Position numbers and translations under genes: made by a program
IMG/VR virus record: IMGVR_UViG_2778261269_000005
Span: 1-37,915 of that record
Length of the DNA: 37,915 nucleotides
Reading direction: 5' to 3' (one strand)
Origin: a virus
Lineage: Duplodnaviria; Heunggongvirae; Uroviricota; Caudoviricetes
In this document: piece after piece, positions 1 through 9,632 of the stretch
How positions within the stretch are numbered: position 1 is the first letter of the stretch
Layout of the letters: each line of letters starts with the position of its first letter
The notes under the pieces: generated by a model
What the model saw: only the letters and a program-made list of their open reading frames with translations
Told to the model about the DNA's origin: nothing
Databases searched by the model: none

Positions 1-921
1 GTACTGGCCGATGACATACAGCGCCCATTTATCCACATCCGCCGCACCAAGACGTTTCCCCATGCCGTAGCGCGGATGGGTCAGCATATCCCACAGACAC
101 CAGGCCATGTTGTTGCTGTATGCCGGTTTAAACGTTCCGTCCCAGATACCGCTGTATTGCCGCGTCTGCGGGTTATAATTCGACGGCACCTGCAGAATAC
201 GCCCGCGCAGATGATAATTACGGCTCACCTGCTGGCTGCCGAACTGCTCCGAGTCCACCTGCACGCCGACCAGTGCCGTGTTCGGGTAGCACTGTTTCAC
301 ATCGATAATTTCGGTGTATGACGACCAGAGCGTTTTGTTCTGCAGCTGGTCTGTGGTGCTGTCCGGCGTCATCCTGCGCATCCGGATACTGAACGGGCGC
401 GGCGGCAGGTTACCCACCACCACCGAGGCCAGATACTGCGAGGTGGTTTTGCCCTTAATGGTGATGTCTTTTTCCGTCACCCAGCCACCATTACGCTGTA
501 TCTGAACCAGCAGACGGACTTCCGACGGATTCCTGTCACCCTTTGAGGTGGTTTCCACCAGTGCCTGCACACCGAAGGTAAAGCGCAGACGGTCGATGTT
601 TGCAGACGTGATGGTCCGGGTAATCGGCGTGTCGTACTTCACTTCCGTACCGAGCACCGTCTCGGAGCCGGAGGATTCAAATCCCTCCGGCGGTGTCTGC
701 TCCTGCTCACCTGCCCGGAACACCACCGTGACGCCGGATATATTGGTATTCCCCTCACTGTCCAGCACCGGCGTACTGTTCAGCAGCACGCTTTTTAATC
801 CATCCACCGGACCTTCAATCGGCCCTTCACTGATCGCATCAATCACGCTCAGTAACTGCGTGGATTTCAGGTTATCTTTCGCTTCGCGAGGAGTGTGCCC
901 CTTGCTGCCACCTTTACCCAT
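1..921 (-). CDS. J: tail tip / host specificity protein J, N-terminal 307 codons (gene continues past left edge)
   Basis: Minus-strand frame from ATG at 921 (GGAG upstream) is open to position 1 and reads MGKGGSKGHTPREAKDNLKSTQLLSVIDAISEGPIEGPVDG..., matching the remembered lambda J N-terminus. Absent from ORF track because no stop lies in the window. Confidence 0.85.
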   Translation of the reverse strand, partial: MGKGGSKGHTPREAKDNLKSTQLLSVIDAISEGPIEGPVDGLKSVLLNSTPVLDSEGNTNISGVTVVFRAGEQEQTPPEGFESSGSETVLGTEVKYDTPITRTITSANIDRLRFTFGVQALVETTSKGDRNPSEVRLLVQIQRNGGWVTEKDITIKGKTTSQYLASVVVGNLPPRPFSIRMRRMTPDSTTDQLQNKTLWSSYTEIIDVKQCYPNTALVGVQVDSEQFGSQQVSRNYHLRGRILQVPSNYNPQTRQYSGIWDGTFKPAYSNNMAWCLWDMLTHPRYGMGKRLGAADVDKWALYVIGQY

Positions 922-981
922 TTATCTGGCTCCATTAACAACAAAACCGCCCGCAGGCGGTTTCACATAAAACGTTTTACA

Positions 982-1629
982 TCAGCGACCAATCACCACA
1001 ACCTGACCACCATTACCCTCATCAGCAGTACTGATACTCTGTGAAATCACACGCGACCCCACACGCATCTCACCATACAGTACCGGTAACGGATTCCCCT
1101 GGGCGATCATATTATCCAGCGAGGAAAAAAAGGTGTTCTGTTTGCCGTTATCCGCGGACTCCATGGACGGCGTTTTGATGGCCGGTGTCAGCATCTGCGC
1201 TATCCCGCCGAGGATCATACTGGCCCCGGCGGCATACATCCCCGTAAGTGCTGCCGCACCCAGCCAGCCCGCGGGGTTCCACCAGGCTACCGCAACAACC
1301 ACAGCACCCAGGATGGTCTGAAAAATTCCGCCATGCTTTGCACCGGCAAGCCGGGGAACAATGTGGATCACCGCACCGTCCGGTAACGGCTCATGGAGCT
1401 GTGCCGTTACCCCGGACTCGCTGACATCCCGCCCGGCGATACGTACCTGATACCAGCCGTCACTCAGTTTCTGACGAAACGACGGAAGTTGTGTGGCCAG
1501 CGCCCGGATGGCTTCAGCCCCCGTTTTCACACGAAGGTCGATGCGGCGGCCAAATCGTTGCAAATCCCCGTAAAGGCAGAGGCGTGCCATGCCCGGTGCC
1601 GCCAGAGGGAGTGTGTGCGTCGCTGCCAT
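982..1629 (-). CDS. I: tail tip assembly protein I
   Basis: 215-aa ORF; lambda I-like sequence and position between J and K. Confidence 0.85.
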   Translation of the reverse strand: MAATHTLPLAAPGMARLCLYGDLQRFGRRIDLRVKTGAEAIRALATQLPSFRQKLSDGWYQVRIAGRDVSESGVTAQLHEPLPDGAVIHIVPRLAGAKHGGIFQTILGAVVVAVAWWNPAGWLGAAALTGMYAAGASMILGGIAQMLTPAIKTPSMESADNGKQNTFFSSLDNMIAQGNPLPVLYGEMRVGSRVISQSISTADEGNGGQVVVIGR

Positions 1630-2270
1630 TTTTCTGTATACCTCTCTCGTTTACTCAGTTGTTCAGGAATATGGTGCAGCAGCTCGCCGTCACCACAGTA
1701 AATGGCGGCATGATTCGGCACCGATGAACCAATGCAGCACAGCAACACATCGCCCGGCTGCGCCGCTGACAGGGTGACCGGGTAAAAGCCTGTATCTGCC
1801 ATGTTGTCCAGGTAAAGATTCTGACCGTTACGCCACCAGTCATCCTCACGATGAAAATCCGGTATCTCAATTCCTGCCAGATGATAAGCGTCCCGGAACA
1901 GCGTGTAACAGTCCGTCACCCCGTGATCAAAGCGCCTTCCGGTCAGATGTGGCACGCAGCGGAATTTATGGAGAGCCCCCCGACAGACCAGCCACCACGG
2001 CAAATCACTCTGTACCTGCAGCTGACGGTCGGCTTCACTCAGCCAGGGCAGACCACCGGGATGGCTGTGGACCAGCGCCACCACCTCGCCCTGTATTTGT
2101 GCCCGCAGCCAGTCTTCCGGTACCATCCGGAAACACGCCTCCGGAGTACCGGAGATATTCACGCAGGGAAGATACCTTTCCCCCTCCGGCGTTCTCACCA
2201 CGAAGCCGCACGACTCCGCTGGCGCACATCGCCGGGCGTGCGCCAGAATCACTGATTCAGTCTCTGTCAT
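1527..2270 (-). CDS. K: tail tip assembly protein K (JAB/MPN plus NlpC/P60-like)
   Basis: Start moved to the internal ATG at 2270 (MTETESVILAHARR...) just after the L stop; HSHP JAMM-like motif and conserved Cys/His; overlaps I as in lambda. Confidence 0.8.
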   Translation of the reverse strand: MTETESVILAHARRCAPAESCGFVVRTPEGERYLPCVNISGTPEACFRMVPEDWLRAQIQGEVVALVHSHPGGLPWLSEADRQLQVQSDLPWWLVCRGALHKFRCVPHLTGRRFDHGVTDCYTLFRDAYHLAGIEIPDFHREDDWWRNGQNLYLDNMADTGFYPVTLSAAQPGDVLLCCIGSSVPNHAAIYCGDGELLHHIPEQLSKRERYTEKWQRRTHSLWRHRAWHASAFTGICNDLAAASTFV

Positions 2271-2274
2271 GGAT

Positions 2275-2973
2275 TTACTGCGAAAGTTTATTGATGGAAA
2301 GGAAACCGCCAAAGTTACCGACGTTATGACGTGACTTACAGCCACTCAGGCATTTACTGCATTTATCCTTCGTGATATCAGACGTCGGCTGGTCATATTC
2401 ATCCGCGACAGCCGGACCGTGATAACCGCACTCATCACCGCGATAGGTCCAGGTACAGGTGTTGGCCAGCATGGTACGTCCCGGGAAAACCGCACCGTCT
2501 GTCTCCGCTGGCGAGGCCAGAACAAACGTTGCCGTCAACGCCGTCAGATCGCTGCACTGTTCAATACGCCAGTAACTGATCACCTCCTGTTCCGGATCGG
2601 CTTCACTGTTTCCGTTAGTAAAATTCACCGCATCCAGAAAACGGGCGTAAACCTTACGCCGGATCACCGTTCCGCCAGCCAGACTCTGTAAATCCTCCAC
2701 CATCCCGGTAACCATCCCGTACAGGTTGGACACCGTCAGGGTGGGGCGGGCGCTGCTTCCCTTGCCTTTCATTTCAAACCCTGCTCCCTGAACAGGATAC
2801 ACCTCATATTTCCGGCCCTGCCAGGTGACGGCCTCCCCCTTCTCGTTAGGCTCATTACTGAAAAAATAACGCTCCCCGCCAATCTCTGTCAGATCAATTT
2901 CCCAGAGTACCAGGCTGGCAGACTGCTCCGTACGGGTACATTCATTCAGTGTTTCCTGCCGGATATCCTGCAT
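2275..2973 (-). CDS. L: tail tip protein L
   Basis: 232-aa ORF, lambda L-like, C-terminal Cys cluster. Confidence 0.85.
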   Translation of the reverse strand: MQDIRQETLNECTRTEQSASLVLWEIDLTEIGGERYFFSNEPNEKGEAVTWQGRKYEVYPVQGAGFEMKGKGSSARPTLTVSNLYGMVTGMVEDLQSLAGGTVIRRKVYARFLDAVNFTNGNSEADPEQEVISYWRIEQCSDLTALTATFVLASPAETDGAVFPGRTMLANTCTWTYRGDECGYHGPAVADEYDQPTSDITKDKCSKCLSGCKSRHNVGNFGGFLSINKLSQ

Positions 2974-2982
2974 CCGTCCTCC

Positions 2983-3315
2983 TCATACCACGACCTGTTC
3001 AAAATTTGCGGTTACCGTGACCCACAGCGCCCCCACACTGGACGACCATTTACGGCAGACCACCCGGACAGGTGTCCAGCCATAAGGCGGTGTCCACTGA
3101 AACGCCCTGACCCCACCGTGCCGGGCCAGAAACGCTTCCAGCGCCTGATGCTCCCCTTTACGGACACGGATCGTGACACTGTACGTTGGCAACAGAGGAT
3201 TCAGTCCCGCCGGACGACGCTGTTCATAACCATCACCCAGTTTAACTGTCACCACTTTGGGCTCTGAATCCACCTTCATATCCGGACGGACTTTCCAGCT
3301 AAATATCTCCATCAC
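2983..3315 (-). CDS. M: tail tip protein M
   Basis: 110-aa ORF, lambda M-like; ATGA overlap with the H stop. Confidence 0.85.
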   Translation of the reverse strand: MMEIFSWKVRPDMKVDSEPKVVTVKLGDGYEQRRPAGLNPLLPTYSVTIRVRKGEHQALEAFLARHGGVRAFQWTPPYGWTPVRVVCRKWSSSVGALWVTVTANFEQVVV

Positions 3316-6300
3316 CGGTATACTCCGCTTAACTGCCCGCCATCACGGGACTGTTGTTGCATAAAATCTTCTGCAGCCCTTTTCCCCAGGTTGTAAACCG
3401 CCTGCATGACTTCCGGCCCAATCTGTCCGTTCTGGCCATCATTATTGATCTCGATGTTGTACTGCGGCGCAAACATCACCATCCCCGAACCACAGGTCGC
3501 TGCCACAACACCCAGCTTACCGTCAGCCCCCCTGCGCAAGGGCAGGATAGCCTCAGGCCCCGCTTCACCCATCACCCCCGCGCCTTTTGCAAAAGCAAAA
3601 AACGTCGGACGGTTAACCACCGTGCCACTGTAGCGACTCAAATCAGCAGACTGATAAACACCACCTTCTGCATTGGTTTTCACATCACCGAAATCAAACC
3701 CCATCACACTGCCAATCCCTTTGACAGCCTTCATCATGGTTGCCTGCGCCAGAATTTTTGCCATATCTGACAGCACAGATGAGGTGAAAGATTTGAAATT
3801 GAGTTTGCCGGTGGTAACAAAAGTTGCCAGACCATTTCCCATACTACTGAAAGCAGACATAAACATCTGTTCTGCAGTCCCGGCAGCATTATCCGCGTCG
3901 GCAGTAAAATTCATGAACGCGCGTTTTGTACCGTTTCTCCACTCCCCCTGCGCAGCATCCATCTGTTGCCAGTAGCGGCGATTCTCATTCAGTTTCCGGT
4001 TCAGACTGTCTGTCAGCGTCTGTTCAGCCTTCCGGTATGCGTCAGAACCATACGAGCCTTTCTGCTTACTGTCCCGTTCAAGTTGCTCCAGCTGTTGCTG
4101 GTACTGCTGTCGTAGACGCAACTGCGACTGGTACCGCTGCCGTTGCTGATCGCCCATTCCTGCCATGGCAACGTCCAGATCGTGTTGCTGACGCTGTGCG
4201 CGCTCTTCCTCAGCCAGTTGACTGGTCAGCTGAATGGTCTTTTTCTTCAGGTCATTGAGGGCAGTCTGCTTCTGCAGCTCCTGCTGTTTTGCATCCAGCA
4301 GCGTCAGTGCCTGAATCAGCTCATCCTTGTGAGCCAGTACACTTTTTTCATCTGCTGTCAGTTTTTTACCGGCTAAATCGCTGATACGCTGCTGAAGGGC
4401 CAGAAGCTGTTTATGCGCTTCTGTCATCCTTTCAGTAGCCATGCCCGCTGACTGTCTGGCGGCGGCAATCTGTCCCTCCACCTGCGCCTGTTGCTGGCTG
4501 TACTGCAGTAATAGCCGGGTGGCCTCATCATTACGGGTGGCAGGCGTTTTTTTCTTAATGGCTTTTTCGTAACGTTCATTTTCACGCTGTATCGCTGCGT
4601 CCCTGACCGCCTGATCGGCGTACTGCATGGCATTAATACGCGCAATTTCACGCTGATGTCGTGCTGCTTCCGTTTCGTTCATCCGGTTCAGCGCGGCATT
4701 TTCAGCATTCCGGCGTTTCTGCTGCTCCTGATAATTTCGCTCAGCCTGCTCTTTTGCATCCTGCAAATCCTGCTGGCGTTTTCGCTCTTGCAGCGCATCC
4801 AGTTGTTGCTGATCGTATTCCCCCGTGGTGGACGCCTTAGTCCACGGAAATTTCTTCGCCCGCTGAATTTTTTCCTGCAGCGACGCAATCTGCGCATCAA
4901 GGGAATCTTCCCGACCAATGTTCATGGCCGCATCCCAGAACTGCTTCCACCAGTCAGACAAGGTTTGCAGCGTACTGCCCAGCGCATTGAGGTTATTATC
5001 AATATCCGACGTACGTTTACCGGTTTCCTCTGCCAGTGCAGACATGGCTATCCGGGCTGCGTCACTGGTGCGCCCCTGCTCTCCGAGCACACGGATCTGT
5101 TCAAGCTGGGTGGCTGTCAGAAAATGCAGTTCATCATCCAGCGCCTTCGCAGCACTGACCGGATCATCCTTCAGCCGTTTAAACTGACTGATGGTGTCAC
5201 TGACAGACTGCCCTACCGAGCGTTCCATCTGTGCGGCAGCTTTCGCCACCATACCAATATCGTTACCGTGAAATGCACCGCTCCCCACTACCTGCGCCAG
5301 TGACCCCGCCATGGCATGTTGCGTGATGCCATTACCGGAAAGATTTTTACTGAGCGCCCACAACTGCCCGGCTGTCACACCGGCATAGTGTCCGGTGAGC
5401 TCAAGCTGCCGGTTAAAGGCTTCGCCTTCTTCCTGCCCCTCCATCCAGGCTTTACCCAGACCAATAACCGCAGCAGTGATCCCTCCGATAACTCCCCCCA
5501 CCGCCAGGCCTTTCGGAGTCATTAATTTATCAATCCAGCCGGCACGGTTAGCCAGGGTGATCCCGGAGCCACGAAGCGCACCGAAATTACCTCGCGCCAG
5601 CTCACCAATCATGACCCCCAGCTCCCGACGGGCTGCCGCACTTTTCAGTCCCAGCGAATGTGTGGTGTTTCCGGCTTTCTCCATTTTACGGATGTACACC
5701 TCCGCGGCACTGCTGCACCCAAGTTGTGCCGCCTTTGCCCGAAGCAGTTCCGTCGTGGTCATTTTCTGGCGACTTGTCTGTTCTTTCAGCTGACGAATAA
5801 ATGCGGTTTTCTGGCGGGTGGCCGTTTCCTCTGCCTGTGTCAGAACGCGGGTTTTCGCTGTCACCTCAGAAATCAGGGCCAGATAATCCTGCTGAGCAAT
5901 CCCGCCACTGTTTCTGGCCTGTCGGATCTGCTGCTGAATACGCTGTAACTCCTGCAGCCCCGCACTGGCCTGTTTTACGCTGTCGATCTGACGATAAAAT
6001 GCGGCAGCCATCTTATCCTGCGCCGCAGCCAGCGCAGCCGCCTGAACCTGCTCCTCCCGCATCTGACGACTCAGGGCCTCCATCCGCAGGCGCGCCCTTT
6101 CCACATCTTCCGCCAGCGAAACATGCCCCTGCGCATGCTTCACCACGGCCTGAGTCTGTATCACCGTCGCGCTGGCAGCCTGTTTCTGACTTTCCTCAAA
6201 CCGTTTCATACGGGCTTCGGCCCGCTCCGCCTCCCTTGCTGTACCATTCAGCAGATTTTTTACACGCGGAAGCTGCTCTTTAAAATCGGCGGTATCAATG

Positions 6301-6335
6301 CTTAAATCAATGACAAGGTCAGCAATCTGGTCCAA
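3312..6335 (-). CDS. H: tail tape measure protein
   Basis: 1007-aa ORF, long coiled-coil Q/R/E-rich centre, conserved lambda-type C-terminal region; sits between G-T and M. Confidence 0.85.
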   Translation of the reverse strand: MDQIADLVIDLSIDTADFKEQLPRVKNLLNGTAREAERAEARMKRFEESQKQAASATVIQTQAVVKHAQGHVSLAEDVERARLRMEALSRQMREEQVQAAALAAAQDKMAAAFYRQIDSVKQASAGLQELQRIQQQIRQARNSGGIAQQDYLALISEVTAKTRVLTQAEETATRQKTAFIRQLKEQTSRQKMTTTELLRAKAAQLGCSSAAEVYIRKMEKAGNTTHSLGLKSAAARRELGVMIGELARGNFGALRGSGITLANRAGWIDKLMTPKGLAVGGVIGGITAAVIGLGKAWMEGQEEGEAFNRQLELTGHYAGVTAGQLWALSKNLSGNGITQHAMAGSLAQVVGSGAFHGNDIGMVAKAAAQMERSVGQSVSDTISQFKRLKDDPVSAAKALDDELHFLTATQLEQIRVLGEQGRTSDAARIAMSALAEETGKRTSDIDNNLNALGSTLQTLSDWWKQFWDAAMNIGREDSLDAQIASLQEKIQRAKKFPWTKASTTGEYDQQQLDALQERKRQQDLQDAKEQAERNYQEQQKRRNAENAALNRMNETEAARHQREIARINAMQYADQAVRDAAIQRENERYEKAIKKKTPATRNDEATRLLLQYSQQQAQVEGQIAAARQSAGMATERMTEAHKQLLALQQRISDLAGKKLTADEKSVLAHKDELIQALTLLDAKQQELQKQTALNDLKKKTIQLTSQLAEEERAQRQQHDLDVAMAGMGDQQRQRYQSQLRLRQQYQQQLEQLERDSKQKGSYGSDAYRKAEQTLTDSLNRKLNENRRYWQQMDAAQGEWRNGTKRAFMNFTADADNAAGTAEQMFMSAFSSMGNGLATFVTTGKLNFKSFTSSVLSDMAKILAQATMMKAVKGIGSVMGFDFGDVKTNAEGGVYQSADLSRYSGTVVNRPTFFAFAKGAGVMGEAGPEAILPLRRGADGKLGVVAATCGSGMVMFAPQYNIEINNDGQNGQIGPEVMQAVYNLGKRAAEDFMQQQSRDGGQLSGVYR

Positions 6336-6633
6336 ATCTCATTCCTCCCGATATACCTTCCCCCAGATGCATCAGCTCTTCATCCGTGCGTTCAGGGATC
6401 ACCCTGTCATCCGTAACCAGACTGAAATCATCCGCCGGAATACGTTCACCGGACACCATCTGAACCATCAGCGACTTCAGTGTGGAAATCTGTGCATCCA
6501 GCCAGATATCCCCGAAACTCTGCTTCCGGAAGAAATCCCCCCATTCGCCCAGTTCTGACGCTGACATTTCTGATAACATCCGCCGCCAGTCTGCCCGCCG
6601 GAACTCACGGGCAAGCTGCATCACAAACTGCAT
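6319..6633 (-). CDS. T: T segment of the G-T tail assembly chaperone (expressed by -1 frameshift from G)
   Basis: ORF in the -1 frame relative to G, open across the G stop; slippery-like GGAAAAG (plus-strand 6648-6654) lies 3 nt before the G stop. Confidence 0.65.
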   Translation of the reverse strand: MQFVMQLAREFRRADWRRMLSEMSASELGEWGDFFRKQSFGDIWLDAQISTLKSLMVQMVSGERIPADDFSLVTDDRVIPERTDEELMHLGEGISGGMRFGPDC

Positions 6634-6641
6634 CTCCCGCG

Positions 6642-7061
6642 TCAGGACTTTTCCGGTGTCAGGGGAACCTGTTCACCGTTCTGAACATCACCGGTGGAGA
6701 CCGGCATACCACTCAGGGATAAAACCAGACTGCCCCCGTCGCCAAGCGCGTCATAAGACCAGGTGTTTTTTACATCCTCATTCAGCGCATCCACATCCTG
6801 TGACGGGTCCGTATTCCACATTGACCGGGAAACCAGCCAGGCATTGATATCCATCCCCATACGCAGAAATTCAATCTGACGATCCGCCACCGGCATGGCA
6901 TCATCCAGGGCGTCAAACTCAGCTGTCCGTTTCTGGACAAACGCCAGATACTCCACCCGCTGAAGTCCGGATAATTCTGTCAGTACCACAGACTGATTAC
7001 CGTAGTTAAATGTGTCCTGTTTCAGAAACATGTCCCCTCCGTAAACAAAAAACCCCGGCAT
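6642..7061 (-). CDS. G: tail assembly chaperone G
   Basis: 139-aa acidic ORF immediately upstream of the tape measure, lambda G-like size and position. Confidence 0.8.
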   Translation of the reverse strand: MPGFFVYGGDMFLKQDTFNYGNQSVVLTELSGLQRVEYLAFVQKRTAEFDALDDAMPVADRQIEFLRMGMDINAWLVSRSMWNTDPSQDVDALNEDVKNTWSYDALGDGGSLVLSLSGMPVSTGDVQNGEQVPLTPEKS

Positions 7062-7087
7062 ACCGGGGTAAAAAACAGACTGCCAGG

Positions 7088-7828
7088 TTAATCACCATTA
7101 ACGGTAATACCGGCCACAGCAACCTGCGCACCACCCGCAGTCATCCCCACAATCGAGGTGCTGCCCGCTTTCACACCTTTCACCGTGGCCACCATGCCAC
7201 TCAGCGTAACCGTGGCGATATCAGGAGATGATGACGCCACGCTCACCGTTTTATCAGAAGCATCTTCCGGTACTGTGCTGAATGTCAGCGTCGTCGTTGC
7301 CCCCACTCTGACACTGGCGGAAACCGGCATTACTGTCAGCCCGGTCACCCCCACAATTTCAGTCCCCTCCTCAGCCAGATACGGACGCCCCACACCGCTG
7401 ATTTTAACCGTACGGGTCATCACATCTTTTGACGTAATGGTTTTACCCAGCGAACTCAGCCAGCCGCGGAACACATCAACGGTACCGTTAGGGTATTTAA
7501 TGCGGAATGCACGAACTTCACCGGAATCAAACAACTGAATCAGTTTTTTCTGTCCGCTGTCACCCGGACGCCAGGCCAGCGTCGCGGATGTATCACCAAC
7601 AGATTTTTGCCCCTGAGTTGTCGTTTTCCAGTCAGCATTTTCATCATCGAGATAATCGTCATCTTCCGCATCTGCAGTCATTTCCCCCGGCTGCAGATCC
7701 TTCACCATCGCGAGGCGCAGCCAGTCCGTATCTGACAAAGGATTCGCAAATGCGTCGCCCTTGCCGGTATACATCCAGAACGTCGTCCCCGCCCCTTTCA
7801 TTTTTTCAAGTGGATTCGGTGTCGTCAT
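7088..7828 (-). CDS. V: major tail tube protein V with C-terminal Ig-like domain
   Basis: Start set at the internal ATG at 7828 (MTTPNPLEKMKGAGTTFW..., AAGGGG RBS); 246 aa as lambda V; C-terminus ...VTGLTVMPVSASV... is Ig-like. Confidence 0.85.
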   Translation of the reverse strand: MTTPNPLEKMKGAGTTFWMYTGKGDAFANPLSDTDWLRLAMVKDLQPGEMTADAEDDDYLDDENADWKTTTQGQKSVGDTSATLAWRPGDSGQKKLIQLFDSGEVRAFRIKYPNGTVDVFRGWLSSLGKTITSKDVMTRTVKISGVGRPYLAEEGTEIVGVTGLTVMPVSASVRVGATTTLTFSTVPEDASDKTVSVASSSPDIATVTLSGMVATVKGVKAGSTSIVGMTAGGAQVAVAGITVNGD

Positions 7829-7838
7829 TTCCCACCCC

Positions 7839-8240
7839 TTAATTTGTATATGTGATTTGATACGTGATTTCCGCCATCGCCCATGTTGCCATATCGTTAT
7901 CACGCTGATAGTTAAATCCCCGTGGGATCATGGTATCGATAAGGCCGTAAAGCGCCGGAATATCCTCCAGTGCCGGGTAAATAATGTTGTCCATCCACGT
8001 ATCCAGATCAGAATCCGGTGCCTGTGCGCGGATAAAGACGGCGACATGCAGAACTGCCAGCCAGTCATCCTCATCCGTCATTTTTCCGGTGTACTGTGCA
8101 TCACTCAGCCACACCGCCACGGCAGGCAGCTCCTGCGCATCAATAAAGGCAGGAAGGCCGTCAAACAGGACGGTCTTCTCCCCGCACGTCGTTTTCAGGC
8201 GCGACAATACGGCCTGACGAATTTGTGTGTGTCGGTTCAT
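7839..8240 (-). CDS. U: tail terminator protein U
   Basis: 133-aa ORF, lambda U-like. Confidence 0.8.
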   Translation of the reverse strand: MNRHTQIRQAVLSRLKTTCGEKTVLFDGLPAFIDAQELPAVAVWLSDAQYTGKMTDEDDWLAVLHVAVFIRAQAPDSDLDTWMDNIIYPALEDIPALYGLIDTMIPRGFNYQRDNDMATWAMAEITYQITYTN

Positions 8241-8827
8241 CGGGTCAGATATAACCTCAGTTGGTGTTTCAGGGCATACCCCAGCTGTTTCGGCATCTCG
8301 TTATCAATGACGCTTTTACGGGCATCCTCAAATGCCTGTGTCAGCGCTCCGGCCAGCGGGATTTTCACAACCTCCACAGGTAGACGATTTTTTTTCGGTC
8401 TGCCCTGATGGTCGCGCCCTGTTGCGAAACGCGCTTCAGGAAGACGTCTCAGAACATGCCAGCGACCATTCGCCAGTTGCCGGATAAACGCGCCACGGAA
8501 AAAATATTTCCCCACCCTCAGCCCGTCACCGGCACGCCGTCGCGTTGTGTTCAGTTTGATGGCGGGAAGGTTGCCACGGTTAATGCGGATCCTGGCATAC
8601 ATTTTTCCGGAAGGGCTGGCACTCAGCATCCTGACGCGCCCCCTGACCAGTTTCAGGGGGATCCCCTTCATCTGGTTATCACCGGCTACGGTATCGCGGG
8701 CAACCTGTCGGGTAGCCTGAGAAATGGCTTTCTGTGCCACACGATTTATTGCCCAGGCGCTGGCCTGTGGCACCATACGGGTATCAAGGATGTCCAGATT
8801 ACGGATGGCGTTTTCAAGACCTTTCAT
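8237..8827 (-). CDS. Z: tail completion protein Z
   Basis: Start set at the internal ATG at 8827 (MKGLENAIRNL...), giving 196 aa; lambda Z-like. Confidence 0.75.
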   Translation of the reverse strand: MKGLENAIRNLDILDTRMVPQASAWAINRVAQKAISQATRQVARDTVAGDNQMKGIPLKLVRGRVRMLSASPSGKMYARIRINRGNLPAIKLNTTRRRAGDGLRVGKYFFRGAFIRQLANGRWHVLRRLPEARFATGRDHQGRPKKNRLPVEVVKIPLAGALTQAFEDARKSVIDNEMPKQLGYALKHQLRLYLTR

Positions 8828-9188
8828 AATATCGCCCCGTACTGATATCACCCCGGGAACTGTCACACCGTTGCAGGCGGATATAACAGCATCCCCCGTC
8901 GTCCTGAGTAATGCGATCCACCCGAAAAAGATCCCCACCAACCTCCAGCGTATCCAGACGGCGCAGTCCCGTAATATCTGCTGTTTTCACAAACAAAGAC
9001 GGTGAAGAATCTTCAAACCGTACTCCTCCGGCAACGAACGAAATTTTTTCAGGATCATCAAAAACACCCCTGAGTGTTTTTCCTTCAAGCTGACCGGACG
9101 TAATTACCGCCGTAATCCCCATATGACAAAGAATGACCTCGTCAGCCATGGCGACGGCGGCATCAAACGGATTATCGAAATCTGCCAC
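8814..9188 (-). CDS. FII: head-tail joining protein FII
   Basis: Begins MADFDNPFDAAVAMADE..., close to lambda FII; C-terminus diverges. Confidence 0.8.
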   Translation of the reverse strand: MADFDNPFDAAVAMADEVILCHMGITAVITSGQLEGKTLRGVFDDPEKISFVAGGVRFEDSSPSLFVKTADITGLRRLDTLEVGGDLFRVDRITQDDGGCCYIRLQRCDSSRGDISTGRYYERS

Positions 9189-9201
9189 CTTTCCCCCACA
9201 T

Positions 9202-9582
9202 TCAACACATTTTCACGAGGCCACTTTCTACCATGCTGGCTGCCACCACGGCAGATACACGAAACACTTCTCCCGGACGTACAAATGCCACGGGGTTATC
9301 CCGTGTGGCGTGGAGTGCATTGACATGTAACATCACCACAGCTTTGACCATGACCATATCCACAGAATTTCGGTTCTCACTCTCCCCACGTTCGGATCGT
9401 GTTTCGTTTTTTTGTTGTGGTTCTTCATCATCCTTATACAGGCCGTCTGAACCATCACTTAATTCTTCTTCCCACTCCGCCAGACGTTGTTCAAGATCAG
9501 CTTTAGAGCCTGAAATATCGGCATCGCGCCCGAGTACTGCCGCCAGCTCCTGAAGACGCGCTGTTATTTCTTCTTTTGTCAT
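9202..9582 (-). CDS. FI: DNA packaging protein FI
   Basis: Start set at ATG 9582 (MTKEEITARLQELAAV..., AGGAGAG RBS); C-terminus ...HATRDNPVAFVRPGEVFRVSA... matches lambda FI. Confidence 0.8.
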   Translation of the reverse strand: MTKEEITARLQELAAVLGRDADISGSKADLEQRLAEWEEELSDGSDGLYKDDEEPQQKNETRSERGESENRNSVDMVMVKAVVMLHVNALHATRDNPVAFVRPGEVFRVSAVVAASMVESGLVKMC

Positions 9583-9603
9583 CACATCTCTCCTGTGCGA
9601 TAA

Positions 9604-9627
9604 AGAAAAAGGCGGGAATATCCCGCC
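9604..9627 (-). terminator. intrinsic terminator-like hairpin between capsid gene E and FI
   Basis: GGCGGGAATATCCCGCC hairpin followed on the minus strand by a T-run. Confidence 0.45.
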
Positions 9628-9632
9628 TGACC

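Noticed and set aside
548-970. 140-aa plus-strand ORF, and other plus-strand ORFs at 76-505
   Set aside because: Antisense to the J N-terminal coding region that is open to the window edge and matches lambda J.
4656-5303. 215-aa plus-strand ORF, and several other plus-strand ORFs between 3354 and 6283
   Set aside because: They lie antisense to the tape measure gene, which is clearly coding; long antisense ORFs are expected in repeat-rich coiled-coil genes.
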